Assembly (NCBI GenBank): GCA_964590105.1
Contig: CAZPYM010000001.1
Location: 366,172-430,171, forward strand
DNA: 64,000 nucleotides
Direction: 5' to 3'
Source of the DNA: an uncultured Gammaproteobacteria bacterium
GTDB lineage: Bacteria; Patescibacteriota; Patescibacteriia; UBA11705; JABHMO01
Positions 38,008 to 47,886 of the stretch are shown piece by piece. Positions within the stretch are counted from its first letter, which is position 1; each line of letters starts with the position of its first letter. The notes beneath the pieces are model-generated. The model worked only from the letters and a program-made list of their open reading frames with translations, had not been told where the DNA came from and searched no databases. The translations under genes and the position numbers were made by a program.

Positions 38008-38082
38008 TGGTGACCCCACCGGGAATCGAACCCGGGTTACCAGGATGAGAACCTGGCGTCCTAGCCGCTAGACGATAGGGCC
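38008..38082 (-). tRNA. tRNA-Glu (CTC)
   Basis: GGCCCTATCGTCTAGCGG...CCAGG-TTCTCAT-CCTGG...GGTTCGATTCC...CACCA cloverleaf. Confidence 0.96.
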
Positions 38083-38093
38083 GTGAATTATTA

Positions 38094-38504
38094 TTAAAAC
38101 ATGCTTTTATATTTCCACCTCCAGACTTTCCGATACGGTTTACAGCTTTTGCCAAGCAATTTGCCTTTGTATTTTATTTGCTCATCGCCGTATTGGCATT
38201 TGTAGCACTCGTCATTCATTTCATCACCCAGATAACTTCCCTCCGCGGAAATGTAACAAACCTCGCCCGCGTCATCCGCCCGGTCAACTCCGCATTCAAT
38301 ATAATCTTGTCTAATCATCACGCCGCCCACCCCCACAAAATTTGTTTCTTCAACTTTGTTCAGCTCCCCTTTAATGATTTTATTACAAACACTGATAAAA
38401 ACTGATTCAAGAGGACGCAGTGGATAAAATCCGGGAAACATTACGACCACAACTAGAATTAATACTATTCCAACTGCGGTAATAATTGTTATTGATCTTG
38501 GCAT
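38094..38504 (-). CDS. Hypothetical Cys-rich exported protein
   Basis: N-terminal TM segment and several Cys residues. Confidence 0.6.
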   Translation of the reverse strand: MPRSITIITAVGIVLILVVVVMFPGFYPLRPLESVFISVCNKIIKGELNKVEETNFVGVGGVMIRQDYIECGVDRADDAGEVCYISAEGSYLGDEMNDECYKCQYGDEQIKYKGKLLGKSCKPYRKVWRWKYKSMF

Positions 38505-38554
38505 TGGTTTTTATTTTAAAACTTAAATTTTGATTCTTCCAAAAAATTCCGAGA

Positions 38555-39829
38555 TTACAGCCAGTCGGCTTCCTGCCGCACCAATAATTCTTCAGCCCGT
38601 TCCGGCTCACGCATCAGAGCCTTGACCAACCGCTCCATTCTGGCGCCTTGCGATCCCTTGACCAGGATTAGGTCTCCCGGCTTTATTATATCATTGATTT
38701 TTTCCGCCGCCATCTGTGAATTTTCAAACTCAATAATTTTGTCTCTCGTTAAACCGCCGGCTTCAGCACCCTCGGCTGTTTTCGTTCGATGCTTTCCAAC
38801 GCAAATAAGCAGGCTGACTCCGTCTTCCGCCGCCTTTTTCCCGAGCAGATAATGCGCCTCATCAGTATACTCACCAAGTTCCAGCATGTCACCCAGAATC
38901 GCCGCTTTCCGCGCCACTTGAGCAATATTTAATTTTTGCAAAGTTTCAATCGCCGCCTCAACCGCCCGCGGAGAAGAATTGTAAGTGTCGTCTATAATCA
39001 ATGTTTCCCTTCCTTGAATAAGATTCATGCGGCCTTTTGGCGCTTTGTAATTTTTCAATCCCTCGGAAATTTCTATCAAATTCATGCCAAGTCCGATACC
39101 GACCGCGGCCGCAATTAGAGCGGAATTAATCTGATGAGCGCCGACCACGCCCGGCAAAAAAACCGGCACCGCGCTGCCGCTGTAAACGATCTTAAACTTT
39201 ATTCCGGCCAGATCAAGTCCTGCGCCGTGATAAAGCATATCAATCGCCCGCACATTTGCCGCTTCATTATATCCAAAAAATATTACGCGCGCCTTTGTTC
39301 TCTTGTGCATTTCCATTACCAAAGGGTCGTCGCAATTTAGAACCGCCAGTTTGTCTTTTGACAAATGCGTTACTATTTTTTGTTTTTCGCGCGCAATGTT
39401 TTCAACTGTCTTAAATGCTTCCAAATGAGCCGGCCCAATTCTTGTTACTACGCTAATATCGCAGGGAAATAATTTAACCAGATATTCAATATCGCCAGGC
39501 TTGTCAGCTCCCATTTCCAAAACTAATAGTTCAGGATATTCCTTATCTTTAATTAATATCAATTTTAATGCCTGAAAGAACGCCAAACCCCACTTTATTG
39601 GCGATCGACCGCCGCTTTCAACGCCGATGACTGTCAGTGGAACGCCGATTTCGTTATTATAATTTTTTATATTTTTTCGAACATTGAATTTATTTTTTAA
39701 AACAGCAAAAATTGCTTCTTTGGCGGAAGTTTTTCCCATTGAGCCGGTAATGCCTATAATTTTCGGCTGATATTTTCGAATAATGGCCCGGGCAAATATT
39801 GCCAGTATTTTCTCTAAAAGCTGTTTCAT
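38555..39829 (-). CDS. murF: UDP-MurNAc-tripeptide--D-Ala-D-Ala ligase
   Basis: GITGSMGKTS, NNEIGVP, DDTYNSSP, GDMLELG, VKGS motifs. Confidence 0.95.
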   Translation of the reverse strand: MKQLLEKILAIFARAIIRKYQPKIIGITGSMGKTSAKEAIFAVLKNKFNVRKNIKNYNNEIGVPLTVIGVESGGRSPIKWGLAFFQALKLILIKDKEYPELLVLEMGADKPGDIEYLVKLFPCDISVVTRIGPAHLEAFKTVENIAREKQKIVTHLSKDKLAVLNCDDPLVMEMHKRTKARVIFFGYNEAANVRAIDMLYHGAGLDLAGIKFKIVYSGSAVPVFLPGVVGAHQINSALIAAAVGIGLGMNLIEISEGLKNYKAPKGRMNLIQGRETLIIDDTYNSSPRAVEAAIETLQKLNIAQVARKAAILGDMLELGEYTDEAHYLLGKKAAEDGVSLLICVGKHRTKTAEGAEAGGLTRDKIIEFENSQMAAEKINDIIKPGDLILVKGSQGARMERLVKALMREPERAEELLVRQEADWL

Positions 39830-39877
39830 GTTTCGTAATTATAGCAATTCAGGGGTCAAAGGTCAAGAAATATATAA

Positions 39878-40020
39878 AATACTGCACTAATATTACACAA
39901 ATATTACACCAATATTTGTTTTTAATATTCGTTCCAATATTTATTCAATATTTGTTCTAATATCTGTGCAATATTCGTTAAATATTTGTTCCAATATTCG
40001 TTCCAATATTTATCCAACAT
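39878..40020. repeat. Degenerate tandem array of AATATT-cored 11-13 bp units
   Basis: About 12 units, e.g. AATATTCGTTCC, AATATTTGTTCC, AATATTACACC. Confidence 0.8.
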
Positions 40021-40024
40021 CCCT

Positions 40025-41950
40025 TTACTTCACTTCCGGCGGTACTTCGTAATAGTCAAGAATAAATTTGGCAATCTTGCTGAAAATGGGCGCCGTAGAA
40101 TCAGCGGCAAAACTGACTGCGGATGGATTATCCAGCCTAATGACCATGGCAAATTTTGGTTTGTTAAACGGAACAAATCCGGCAAAAGTATGAATAGTTT
40201 TATCGCCATATCCACCTTTTTCCAAGTCAGGGACTTGCGCGGTTCCGGTTTTGCCGGCAACCAAATAGCCTTTAACCGCGGCTTTTTTCGCATGGCCGGA
40301 ATTAACAACAGATACCATCATACTACCTAAAAGTTTCGCAGTTTGCGCAGATATCACCTGACCCGATACAATCGGGCTAGTTTTCATTATTATTTTTCCC
40401 TCATTATCAATAATAGAATCCACGATATATGGTTTAACCAACTTTCCTTCATTAGCGATAGCGGCAAAGGCGCGCACCAGTTGTAACGACGTAACAGTAA
40501 TCCCCTGGCCAAAAGACGCGGTGGCTAAATAAATTTCATTCGAATCATTTAATGAACTTATATTGCCCTCGCTTTCATGGCACAAATCAAAATCTGTTTT
40601 TTTGCCGAAGCCAAAACCTTCCATATATCTTTTGAACTCGCTAAGCCCTACTTGGCGGGCGGCAAATACAGCACCGGTATTTAATGACTTTTCCAAAACC
40701 TGTGTCATGGTTTGCCAGCCATTGGCTTTTAAATCGGAATTTTTTATTGAATATCCTGAAATAATCAACTCGCCGGTATCTTGATAGCCGGTGAATGGAT
40801 CAACTTTGCCGGTGTCAAGCGCCGCCGCCATGGTGATCGGCTTCATTACTGAACCAGGCTCGTAACTGTTGCTGATGGCCAGATTATTAAAAATATTAAT
40901 TTCTTCCACCTTATTATATTCATTCGGATCATAATCAGGCGAAACACACATGGCAATAATGGCGCCGGTGCTTGTATCCATGGCAATAAGACTTCCATTC
41001 TCAGCGCCAAACTGAACAACATATTTGTTCAGTTGATCGCAAGCAAAATATTGCACGGATTTTTCAATGGTCAGCACCAGATCGTGACCATCTTCCGCCT
41101 TGCGAAAATCTCTGCCGGCGACCGCTATCCAGCGGCCAAAATTATCCAGCTCTGAACGCAAAAAACCAGAATCTCCAGCCAGATCCTTGTCATAACAGCC
41201 CTCTATACCATAATAACCTTTTAGCATGTTGTTTTCCGCTTGCTTGCCGACAAAACCAATCACCTGACTGCCGATGTTTTTTTCCGGATAATAACGACTT
41301 AATTCTTTGGTCCAGGATATGCCTTCTAAATTATATTGTTTTATTTTTTCTATTTGTTCCTCGCTAACCAAATGTTTCAGCGGTTCATAAGGATCATCTT
41401 TCTTGTTTAATTTAAGCAACCAATTTTCAATCAGCGCCGCGCCCTGCTCTTCGGATTCAATGGCAACGTTTTTTTCAACCTCATTTTCAGGCTCGCTTAC
41501 AATTTGATCTGCATTTTCTAAATCAACATTTTTCTTGTCATCTTTTTCATCCTTTACTTCAAACACTTCCTTCAAAACCTGCATTACCGCCGCTATGTCC
41601 TGAATGTCTTTTGGCACCGCATAGAGCAAATACATGCTTTTGTTAGTTGCCACAGGATACAACTGCTGTTCTCCGTCAACTGATTGACCTTTCGTGTCCT
41701 GTTCATAAATCGTGCCTCGATTTGGATATAGTTGCTTAAAAATTTCATGCTGCCCGGAAGCAATCGCCAGATAAGACGGATGTTCGATTATTTGCAACTT
41801 GACCAATCGGGATATTATCGCTAAACCAAAAAGCGCAAAAAAAATCATCAAAAGAGCCAGCCGGTAATCGCGCCTGTGCTGATGTGTCTGGCCATAAACG
41901 CCGGGATAAAATTTTTCTTTTCTTTTTTTCTTTATCAATATCGCAGTCAT
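40025..41950 (-). CDS. Class B penicillin-binding protein (FtsI-like)
   Basis: RG.I.., EPGSVMK (SxxK), SLN (SxN), KTGT motifs. Confidence 0.92.
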   Translation of the reverse strand: MTAILIKKKRKEKFYPGVYGQTHQHRRDYRLALLMIFFALFGLAIISRLVKLQIIEHPSYLAIASGQHEIFKQLYPNRGTIYEQDTKGQSVDGEQQLYPVATNKSMYLLYAVPKDIQDIAAVMQVLKEVFEVKDEKDDKKNVDLENADQIVSEPENEVEKNVAIESEEQGAALIENWLLKLNKKDDPYEPLKHLVSEEQIEKIKQYNLEGISWTKELSRYYPEKNIGSQVIGFVGKQAENNMLKGYYGIEGCYDKDLAGDSGFLRSELDNFGRWIAVAGRDFRKAEDGHDLVLTIEKSVQYFACDQLNKYVVQFGAENGSLIAMDTSTGAIIAMCVSPDYDPNEYNKVEEINIFNNLAISNSYEPGSVMKPITMAAALDTGKVDPFTGYQDTGELIISGYSIKNSDLKANGWQTMTQVLEKSLNTGAVFAARQVGLSEFKRYMEGFGFGKKTDFDLCHESEGNISSLNDSNEIYLATASFGQGITVTSLQLVRAFAAIANEGKLVKPYIVDSIIDNEGKIIMKTSPIVSGQVISAQTAKLLGSMMVSVVNSGHAKKAAVKGYLVAGKTGTAQVPDLEKGGYGDKTIHTFAGFVPFNKPKFAMVIRLDNPSAVSFAADSTAPIFSKIAKFILDYYEVPPEVK

Positions 41951-42031
41951 AATATACTTTCATTATACCAAAATCACTTGCGGAAAAAAAGCAGGCCGCT
42001 TTCCCGCCACCCGCTGAATATAAAACAAAAC

Positions 42032-42802
42032 TTAAGCTTTATTTTCTCTGTCCTTGCTGATATATTTTGTAAACCCTTCAACCGCGCGCAGAACCTCCAG
42101 AGGCAAAGCAAAGATAACTGTATTTGACTGGTCGGAACTCAAATCATTGATTGACTGCAAGGTTCTAAGGTGCAGAGCTCCGTCGGCGGAGGACAACATT
42201 TTCGCGGCTTTGGCCATGTTTTCCGCGGCCGCCACCTCTCCCTCGGCTTTAATAATCACCGCCCGGCGTTCGCGCTCCGCTTCCGCCTGCTTGGCAATGG
42301 TACGCTCCATATTCTCGGGCAATGACACATCTTTCAATTCAACATTTTCAACTTTGATTCCCCACGGATCAGTGGCCTTGTCCACAATAGTTTTAATTTT
42401 TTCAGAAATTTTTTCTCGCTGACTTAGAAGTTCATCCAGCTCAACCTCGCCGACCACGTTGCGCATAGTTGTCTGGGCCAACTGAGAAACCGCGTAAAAA
42501 AAGTTTTCAACTTCAAGAATGGCTTTTGAAGCGTCCGACACTTTGTAATAAATAACCGCGTTCACCCCGACTGAAATATTATCCTTGGTAATCGCCTTTT
42601 GGTCAGGCACGTCCACTGCTTTGACGCGCATGTCCACTTTAGTCATCCCCTGAAAAACCGGGAGAACAATGCGCCAGCCGGAATTTTTCACTCCGGTAAA
42701 TCGCCCCATGGTAAACATCACGCCGCGCTGATAAGCGTTTACCTGGCGCAGACTGATAATTATAATAAAAACTATCACTCCGATTACATAAAAAAGATCC
42801 AT
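42032..42802 (-). CDS. SPFH/band 7 (stomatin/slipin) protein
   Basis: ITKDN, AQTTMR, WGIKVE.VE, QAEAERERRA motifs. Confidence 0.93.
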   Translation of the reverse strand: MDLFYVIGVIVFIIIISLRQVNAYQRGVMFTMGRFTGVKNSGWRIVLPVFQGMTKVDMRVKAVDVPDQKAITKDNISVGVNAVIYYKVSDASKAILEVENFFYAVSQLAQTTMRNVVGEVELDELLSQREKISEKIKTIVDKATDPWGIKVENVELKDVSLPENMERTIAKQAEAERERRAVIIKAEGEVAAAENMAKAAKMLSSADGALHLRTLQSINDLSSDQSNTVIFALPLEVLRAVEGFTKYISKDRENKA

Positions 42803-42809
42803 AAATTTT

Positions 42810-43883
42810 TTAGTTATTATTTATTGTTCCTAATTCTTGTTTTAAATTTTCCAATTGTTTTTCCAATTCTGCAGGATCCATATTTTGTATTTGCTTTAAT
42901 TGATCTTCAATGCTGATTGTTTCATCTCCGGGGGCGTCAATTGAAGGCAAGGTTTTTTCAAGTTGCGGCAGAAAAATATCCGCCATGTTGAATTCGCGCA
43001 CATTTCCAGGTTTACTGATACTGACTTTATTATTAAAATCCGTTAATTCAAGAGCAATATCATAATGCAGAGCATCACTTCCTGCCTCAGCCTGAGTGGC
43101 GACTTCCAGCCGGCGCAAATACCAATCGTTTTGGCCGACCCAGACTTGTCCTTCCAGCTTGCTCCAGTCTTCCAAATTTTTTTCCAGCTCGCCAATCTCC
43201 AGTTCAGTCAGCTTTCTCTCTTCCATAATTTCAGCTGTTTCCTGAAAAAATTTCCTTACTTCGCTTTTATTAATTTTCACTTTGTAATGATGAACTGTTA
43301 TGTTGTCTAACATGTCAATACCATTATCAGAGATTACTTCAAAAAAATCTGTCTTAGCCACCAGCTTTTGGATTTTTTTCTTTTTGGCTTCATCAAGGCC
43401 TGATTTTTCATCTGCCCCAAGTTGATTGCCAAGACCAAACGCCCCAAAATCAAATTTATACCAATTATCTTTTAAATTAGACAAGTCAGCTGCTTTGACC
43501 TTTGGAACCTGCGTCAATCGAAAGTAAAGAGTAGCATCCTTATAAATAAGATCACCGAGAAACTCGAGTGACGTATCCTGAAGCTTATATTTTGCTGATC
43601 CAGCTAGTTGATACTGCAAATCCTTAGTTAAATCAATTGGTCCACTTAAATCTACAAGAATTGAGCCCGGCAACATCTTTGCTTCTTCAAAATTCAGGGT
43701 TGTCAATTGAGGAAACTGGCCAAAAGCTCCCAACTTCAAAGACAAATCAAATGTCTGCGCTTCGGCCATCGCGCTCATCATTTTTTGTAACACTTTTTCC
43801 GGCTTTGCCGCGCAAGCGCTCACAGCCAGCAAAATTATCGTTGCCATTAAAATTGTCCCCCCTAATTTGATTGATCGCTTCAT
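42810..43883 (-). CDS. Hypothetical lipoprotein
   Basis: Signal peptide with a VSAC lipobox; beta-rich body. Confidence 0.7.
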   Translation of the reverse strand: MKRSIKLGGTILMATIILLAVSACAAKPEKVLQKMMSAMAEAQTFDLSLKLGAFGQFPQLTTLNFEEAKMLPGSILVDLSGPIDLTKDLQYQLAGSAKYKLQDTSLEFLGDLIYKDATLYFRLTQVPKVKAADLSNLKDNWYKFDFGAFGLGNQLGADEKSGLDEAKKKKIQKLVAKTDFFEVISDNGIDMLDNITVHHYKVKINKSEVRKFFQETAEIMEERKLTELEIGELEKNLEDWSKLEGQVWVGQNDWYLRRLEVATQAEAGSDALHYDIALELTDFNNKVSISKPGNVREFNMADIFLPQLEKTLPSIDAPGDETISIEDQLKQIQNMDPAELEKQLENLKQELGTINNN

Positions 43884-43905
43884 AAACAGCAAATTATTAA
43901 TTTAA

Positions 43906-44226
43906 TTATAAATCCAAACTGGCCTTGACCCAATCCTCCTGCAGGTCGTCCCATTTGAATATTTTTAAATTCTGAACAAACTCTGTGTCTGAATAATCAT
44001 ACTGCACCGCCATATCAGAACCGGCCCGCCTGGAATAAACGGTTTTTTTGTCCAGAACGCGCGGAGTCGTGGTTCTAACCATTTTAATTCTGCCAATCGG
44101 TGAACTGAAAATAACTGTTTCTATTTTACTTCTTTCAATTTCCAGATCTTCTGCTGTTGTTTGCTCTTCAATTGTAAATTTTTCTTTGACTTTAAGTAAA
44201 ATGTCCTGCCATTTGTCGTCATTCAT
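43906..44226 (-). CDS. Hypothetical protein
   Basis: 106-aa ORF in an operon. Confidence 0.75.
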   Translation of the reverse strand: MNDDKWQDILLKVKEKFTIEEQTTAEDLEIERSKIETVIFSSPIGRIKMVRTTTPRVLDKKTVYSRRAGSDMAVQYDYSDTEFVQNLKIFKWDDLQEDWVKASLDL

Positions 44227-44255
44227 ATTTTCTAAAATTAAGTCGGCAATCGTGA

Positions 44256-44283
44256 GTAGAGATGCAAAGTCTTGCGTCCGTAC
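44256..44283. repeat. GTAG-type REP-like palindrome
   Basis: GTAGAGATGCAA-AGTC-TTGCGTCCGTAC imperfect palindrome. Confidence 0.55.
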
Positions 44284-44400
44284 TGTAAGTAGGGAGTAGG
44301 CTACCCTAATTTCAAATTTCTAGTTTCTGATTTCCAGTATACCAAAATCATCAAATTTAGCAAATTAAAAAAACGCCCTGCTGTGGCAGAGCATTTCTGT

Positions 44401-44778
44401 TCATTTTATTTTCTTTTTCTTCATCATTACCGTCGCAGCAGGCAAAACATCCTTTTCTAGCCGATGCAGCGCTCTTGAAGCGTCTCGGAAACCGCTGAAC
44501 CGAAAACGCTTGGCTACTTTTTTCACCAAAGTCATTTTATTGGAGGTTACACTTCTTGGTAAATTCTCAATATACTGACAAAGTTCAGCCGGATTCGGCC
44601 AAGAATCCAGCCAATGAGCCTTGGCCGCGCAGGCAACGATTGCGTCCGTATATTTCTGTTTCTGATCGCGTTCTTGTTTTTTCGGAACTTTCAAGAACTT
44701 TGCCACTTGCTTTCTGAAAACCATTAGCAGAACTGCAACCGACCCTGCGACAACGAGCAAAATCATTTCAGTGGGCAT
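44401..44778 (-). CDS. Hypothetical membrane-anchored basic protein
   Basis: GAGGAGG SD; N-terminal TM segment. Confidence 0.7.
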   Translation of the reverse strand: MPTEMILLVVAGSVAVLLMVFRKQVAKFLKVPKKQERDQKQKYTDAIVACAAKAHWLDSWPNPAELCQYIENLPRSVTSNKMTLVKKVAKRFRFSGFRDASRALHRLEKDVLPAATVMMKKKKIK

Positions 44779-45063
44779 TTTAGCCTCCTCTTTTTTGCGA
44801 TAGTAAATGATTTAACTGACAACGATTATTAATCGGGCAAGCACAGTCATTTCCGCCAATTCCAAGCAGATCGCCGCAAAGTTCCAGGTCTACAGGATCA
44901 CAATACCTATCTGCGTGATGCGCAGGGCCACGGCCATGAGCGCAAAGCTGAAATAGCTGAACGATACGACGAATGGATCTTTGGTAAGGTACAATTTGCG
45001 TATTTGCGAACGATATGTGCAGAGCATCAACATCATATAAATCACTGCTGGCAATGTGCTCAT
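44779..45063 (-). pseudogene. Degraded PQ-loop/SemiSWEET-like membrane protein
   Basis: Frame from ATG 45063: MSTLPAVIYMMLMLCTYRSQIRKLYLTKDPFVVS...IVIL*TWN...IVVS*IIYYRKK. Stops at 44890-44892 and 44812-44814. Confidence 0.5.
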
Positions 45064-45158
45064 GATTTCTTCCCATTTCCTTGATATTTTAATTTACATT
45101 AATATATACGTTTTGTCAACGATAACTTTTATTTGAAGCCCATTGTACGGACAGAGTA

Positions 45159-46325
45159 TTACTCCAATGTGCCCCTTATTTTTTCCATTAAACTAAGATA
45201 AAATTCCAGATTATTCAAAGACGCCAGGCGCTGTGCCAACGGGTCCTCGACGCTGAATATGTGACGAAGATATGCGCGGGAATAGTTTCGCAGTTCAGGA
45301 AATTTGCTGTCAGAATTAATTGGCGTTAAATCAAATTTAAATTCTTCATTTCGGATATTTATTGTTTTATAAAACTCGCGACTGTTTTCCAGCAGTTCAA
45401 GGAGATTTTTTCCGCCGCTGAAAAATTCAGGATTCCAATAAAACAACCGGCCATGGCGAGCTTCGCGAGTCGGGATGACACAGTCAAACATATCAATGCC
45501 ACGGCGAACAGCTTCAACAATCTGATGAGGATAGCCAACTCCCATTAAATAACGGGGTTTGTCTGCCGGCAATTTTTCACAAAGATAATCAAGAACTGAA
45601 CACATTTGTTGCTCAGTTTCCCCGACTGACAAACCGCCGACCGCATAGCCGTCAAAACCGATTTTTATTAAATCTGAAGCGCTTTTTTCGCGCAAATCTT
45701 GTTCCAGCCCTCCCTGCACTATTCCAAACAATAAAGGTTTATTTGGTTGATTGAGTTGATTAACTTGATTAACTTGGTTAACTGAGTTCATTCCATCAAA
45801 CTGCTTACGAAAAAAAGATTTACATCGCCGGGCCCAGGTCGTAGTTACTTCAACTGATTTTTCCAAATACTCGCGTTCAGCCGGCAATTTCACGCACTCG
45901 TCCAGCACCATCATGATATCAGAACCAATATTCATTTGAATCTCAATTGATTTTTCCGGCGACAAAAAATATTCCCGGCCGTCAATATGAGAATTAAAAG
46001 TAACGCCGTCAATTTTCAACCTGCGGATATGCGCCAAAGAAAAAACTTGAAACCCGCCGGAATCAGTCAGAATCGGCTTGTCCCAATCCATAAAACTGTG
46101 CAGGCCGCCAAGTTTTTTTATTTCTTCGGAACCTGGCCGCAACATCAGATGATAGGTATTTCCAAGGATAATATCAGGCCCGAGTAACCTAATTTCCTCT
46201 GCGCTAATAGTTTTGATCGCACCCTTGGTGGCTATCGGCATGAAGCAGGGAGTTCTGATTTCGCCTTTCCGCGTTTTTAAAATCCCAAGACGGGCTGATT
46301 TTTTATTGTTTTTCACTTCAAACAT
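45159..46325 (-). CDS. tgt: tRNA-guanine transglycosylase
   Basis: NTYHL, TDSGGFQVFSL, GIVQGG, DMFDCVIPTR motifs. Confidence 0.96.
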   Translation of the reverse strand: MFEVKNNKKSARLGILKTRKGEIRTPCFMPIATKGAIKTISAEEIRLLGPDIILGNTYHLMLRPGSEEIKKLGGLHSFMDWDKPILTDSGGFQVFSLAHIRRLKIDGVTFNSHIDGREYFLSPEKSIEIQMNIGSDIMMVLDECVKLPAEREYLEKSVEVTTTWARRCKSFFRKQFDGMNSVNQVNQVNQLNQPNKPLLFGIVQGGLEQDLREKSASDLIKIGFDGYAVGGLSVGETEQQMCSVLDYLCEKLPADKPRYLMGVGYPHQIVEAVRRGIDMFDCVIPTREARHGRLFYWNPEFFSGGKNLLELLENSREFYKTINIRNEEFKFDLTPINSDSKFPELRNYSRAYLRHIFSVEDPLAQRLASLNNLEFYLSLMEKIRGTLE

Positions 46326-46466
46326 AATTTCTTTGTTATCTCAACTTCATGCCAATAGTACTATAGAATCAATCTTTTTTCAATATTAAAAACAGCCACC
46401 CTCCGGTAGCTCATTTTAATCCTGTTATCTAATTCGCGTCATTCGCGTGGCCTCATATTCGCGTTA

Positions 46467-46814
46467 CTATTTCCTCGCTACCACTTGTCCGACTGTGTCA
46501 TAATAAGTAATTTCATCAACCGGTTCCATTCCCAACTGTTCAATCTTTTGCGACAAATCTGTCATTGATCTCATGTCAACGGCCTGCAACTGTAATTTTT
46601 CATTCTCATATTGCACATCAGAAATTTGTTTTTCCAAATCTCTCATATAAAATCCCTTAGCCGAAATATAATTGACTTCAAAAAGATAAATGGCCACCGA
46701 AGCGACAATCACTGTCCCAAGAAAGAAAAACATTATTGGTTTTGAGAATTTACGCAGTTTCATTTTTGTATTGCCAATATTTTCCTGCTTAGTGGTGTGA
46801 AGATATTTTGTCAT
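46467..46814 (-). CDS. FtsL-like cell division protein
   Basis: One TM segment plus coiled coil, ending LGM; follows mraZ-rsmH. Confidence 0.7.
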   Translation of the reverse strand: MTKYLHTTKQENIGNTKMKLRKFSKPIMFFFLGTVIVASVAIYLFEVNYISAKGFYMRDLEKQISDVQYENEKLQLQAVDMRSMTDLSQKIEQLGMEPVDEITYYDTVGQVVARK

Positions 46815-46822
46815 AAATATTA

Positions 46823-47752
46823 TTAAATTTTTTCCGCGACCCGCAGTTTCGCGGATCTAGAACGAAAGTTCTCCGCAATTTCTTCTAATGTTGGTATTAT
46901 TGGCTTTTTAGTTAATACTTTTATTTCCGCTTCGTGCTCGCAGCGGCAAACCGGAAGTTCAATCGGACAAATGCACCCTTTGCTTTTTTCTTTGAAAAAC
47001 TGCTTTACTATTTTATCTTCAAGTGAATGAAAAGAAATTACTCCTATCTTAGTGCCAGGACCTGCAATTTCAAAAATGTCTTGCAGAACTGACTTGATAT
47101 TGGCCAGCTCATGATTGACCTCCATTCTCAATGCCTGAAAAGTTTTTGTTGCCGGATGAATCCTCGTTTTCCGCGCCGGCACGCACTTTACCAGGATGCC
47201 GACCAGATCAAGCGTGGTTAAAATTTTTTGTTTCTGACGCCGAGCAACAATATTTCTAGCGATCCTCCCGGCAAATTGTTCTTCTGCGTTTTCTATGAGC
47301 AATTGTTTGATTTTTTCTTCCGGCCAGAGATTTATAATTTGTTCTGCTGTTAATTCATTTTCTTCCGTTGAATAGCGCATGTCTAGCGGTTCATTAACCT
47401 GGAAAGAAAATCCACGTCCTGAATCTTGCAACTGATCTGAAGATAAGCCAAGATCAAGAAGGACGCCGTGTATCGGAAAAAATTCTTTTTCATAAGCAAT
47501 TTGTTTTACTTCGATATATGACGCGTTGATTAATGTACAGCGATTCTTGAAGCGCGAAAGTCTTTGTTTCGCTGTTTTAACCGCTTGCGAATCCCAGTCA
47601 ATTCCGAGCAACTTACCCGATGGGCCGGTTAGCTCAAGTATTGCTTCCGCGTGCCCACCGCCACCAAGCGTACAGTCGATAAAATTCTGATCTTTTTGCG
47701 GGTTTAAAAATCTGAGCACTTCACGGATTAGAACTGGCTTGTGTTGCGTCAT
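46823..47752 (-). CDS. rsmH: 16S rRNA C1402 N4-methyltransferase
   Basis: HKPVL, DCTLGGGGH, DLGLSS, FHSLED, RSAKLR motifs. Confidence 0.96.
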   Translation of the reverse strand: MTQHKPVLIREVLRFLNPQKDQNFIDCTLGGGGHAEAILELTGPSGKLLGIDWDSQAVKTAKQRLSRFKNRCTLINASYIEVKQIAYEKEFFPIHGVLLDLGLSSDQLQDSGRGFSFQVNEPLDMRYSTEENELTAEQIINLWPEEKIKQLLIENAEEQFAGRIARNIVARRQKQKILTTLDLVGILVKCVPARKTRIHPATKTFQALRMEVNHELANIKSVLQDIFEIAGPGTKIGVISFHSLEDKIVKQFFKEKSKGCICPIELPVCRCEHEAEIKVLTKKPIIPTLEEIAENFRSRSAKLRVAEKI

Positions 47753-47886
47753 GACGTCTTTTACCAAATAAAGATTAGTTCTAGAACTCTTAATAAATGT
47801 TTGAACATATTTTTGTTTTTATTTTTCTATTTATATTTACATTTGTAATTGCCGCTTTATTGTAATTTGCTTGTGATTTGTGATTT

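Noticed and set aside
39878-40020. CRISPR array
   Set aside because: Units are only 11-13 bp, with no 25-40 bp spacers and no cas genes in the window
42032-42802. Functional link between the SPFH/stomatin gene and MVP
   Set aside because: About 6 kb apart, in a separate operon with core-gene features; stomatins are ubiquitous
44812-44892. Stop-codon reassignment (TAA/TAG to Gln)
   Set aside because: TAA, TAG and TGA all terminate conserved genes elsewhere in the window
44780-45076. 98-aa His/Cys-rich ORF in the track
   Set aside because: Composition is atypical; the overlapping frame gives a more coherent membrane protein
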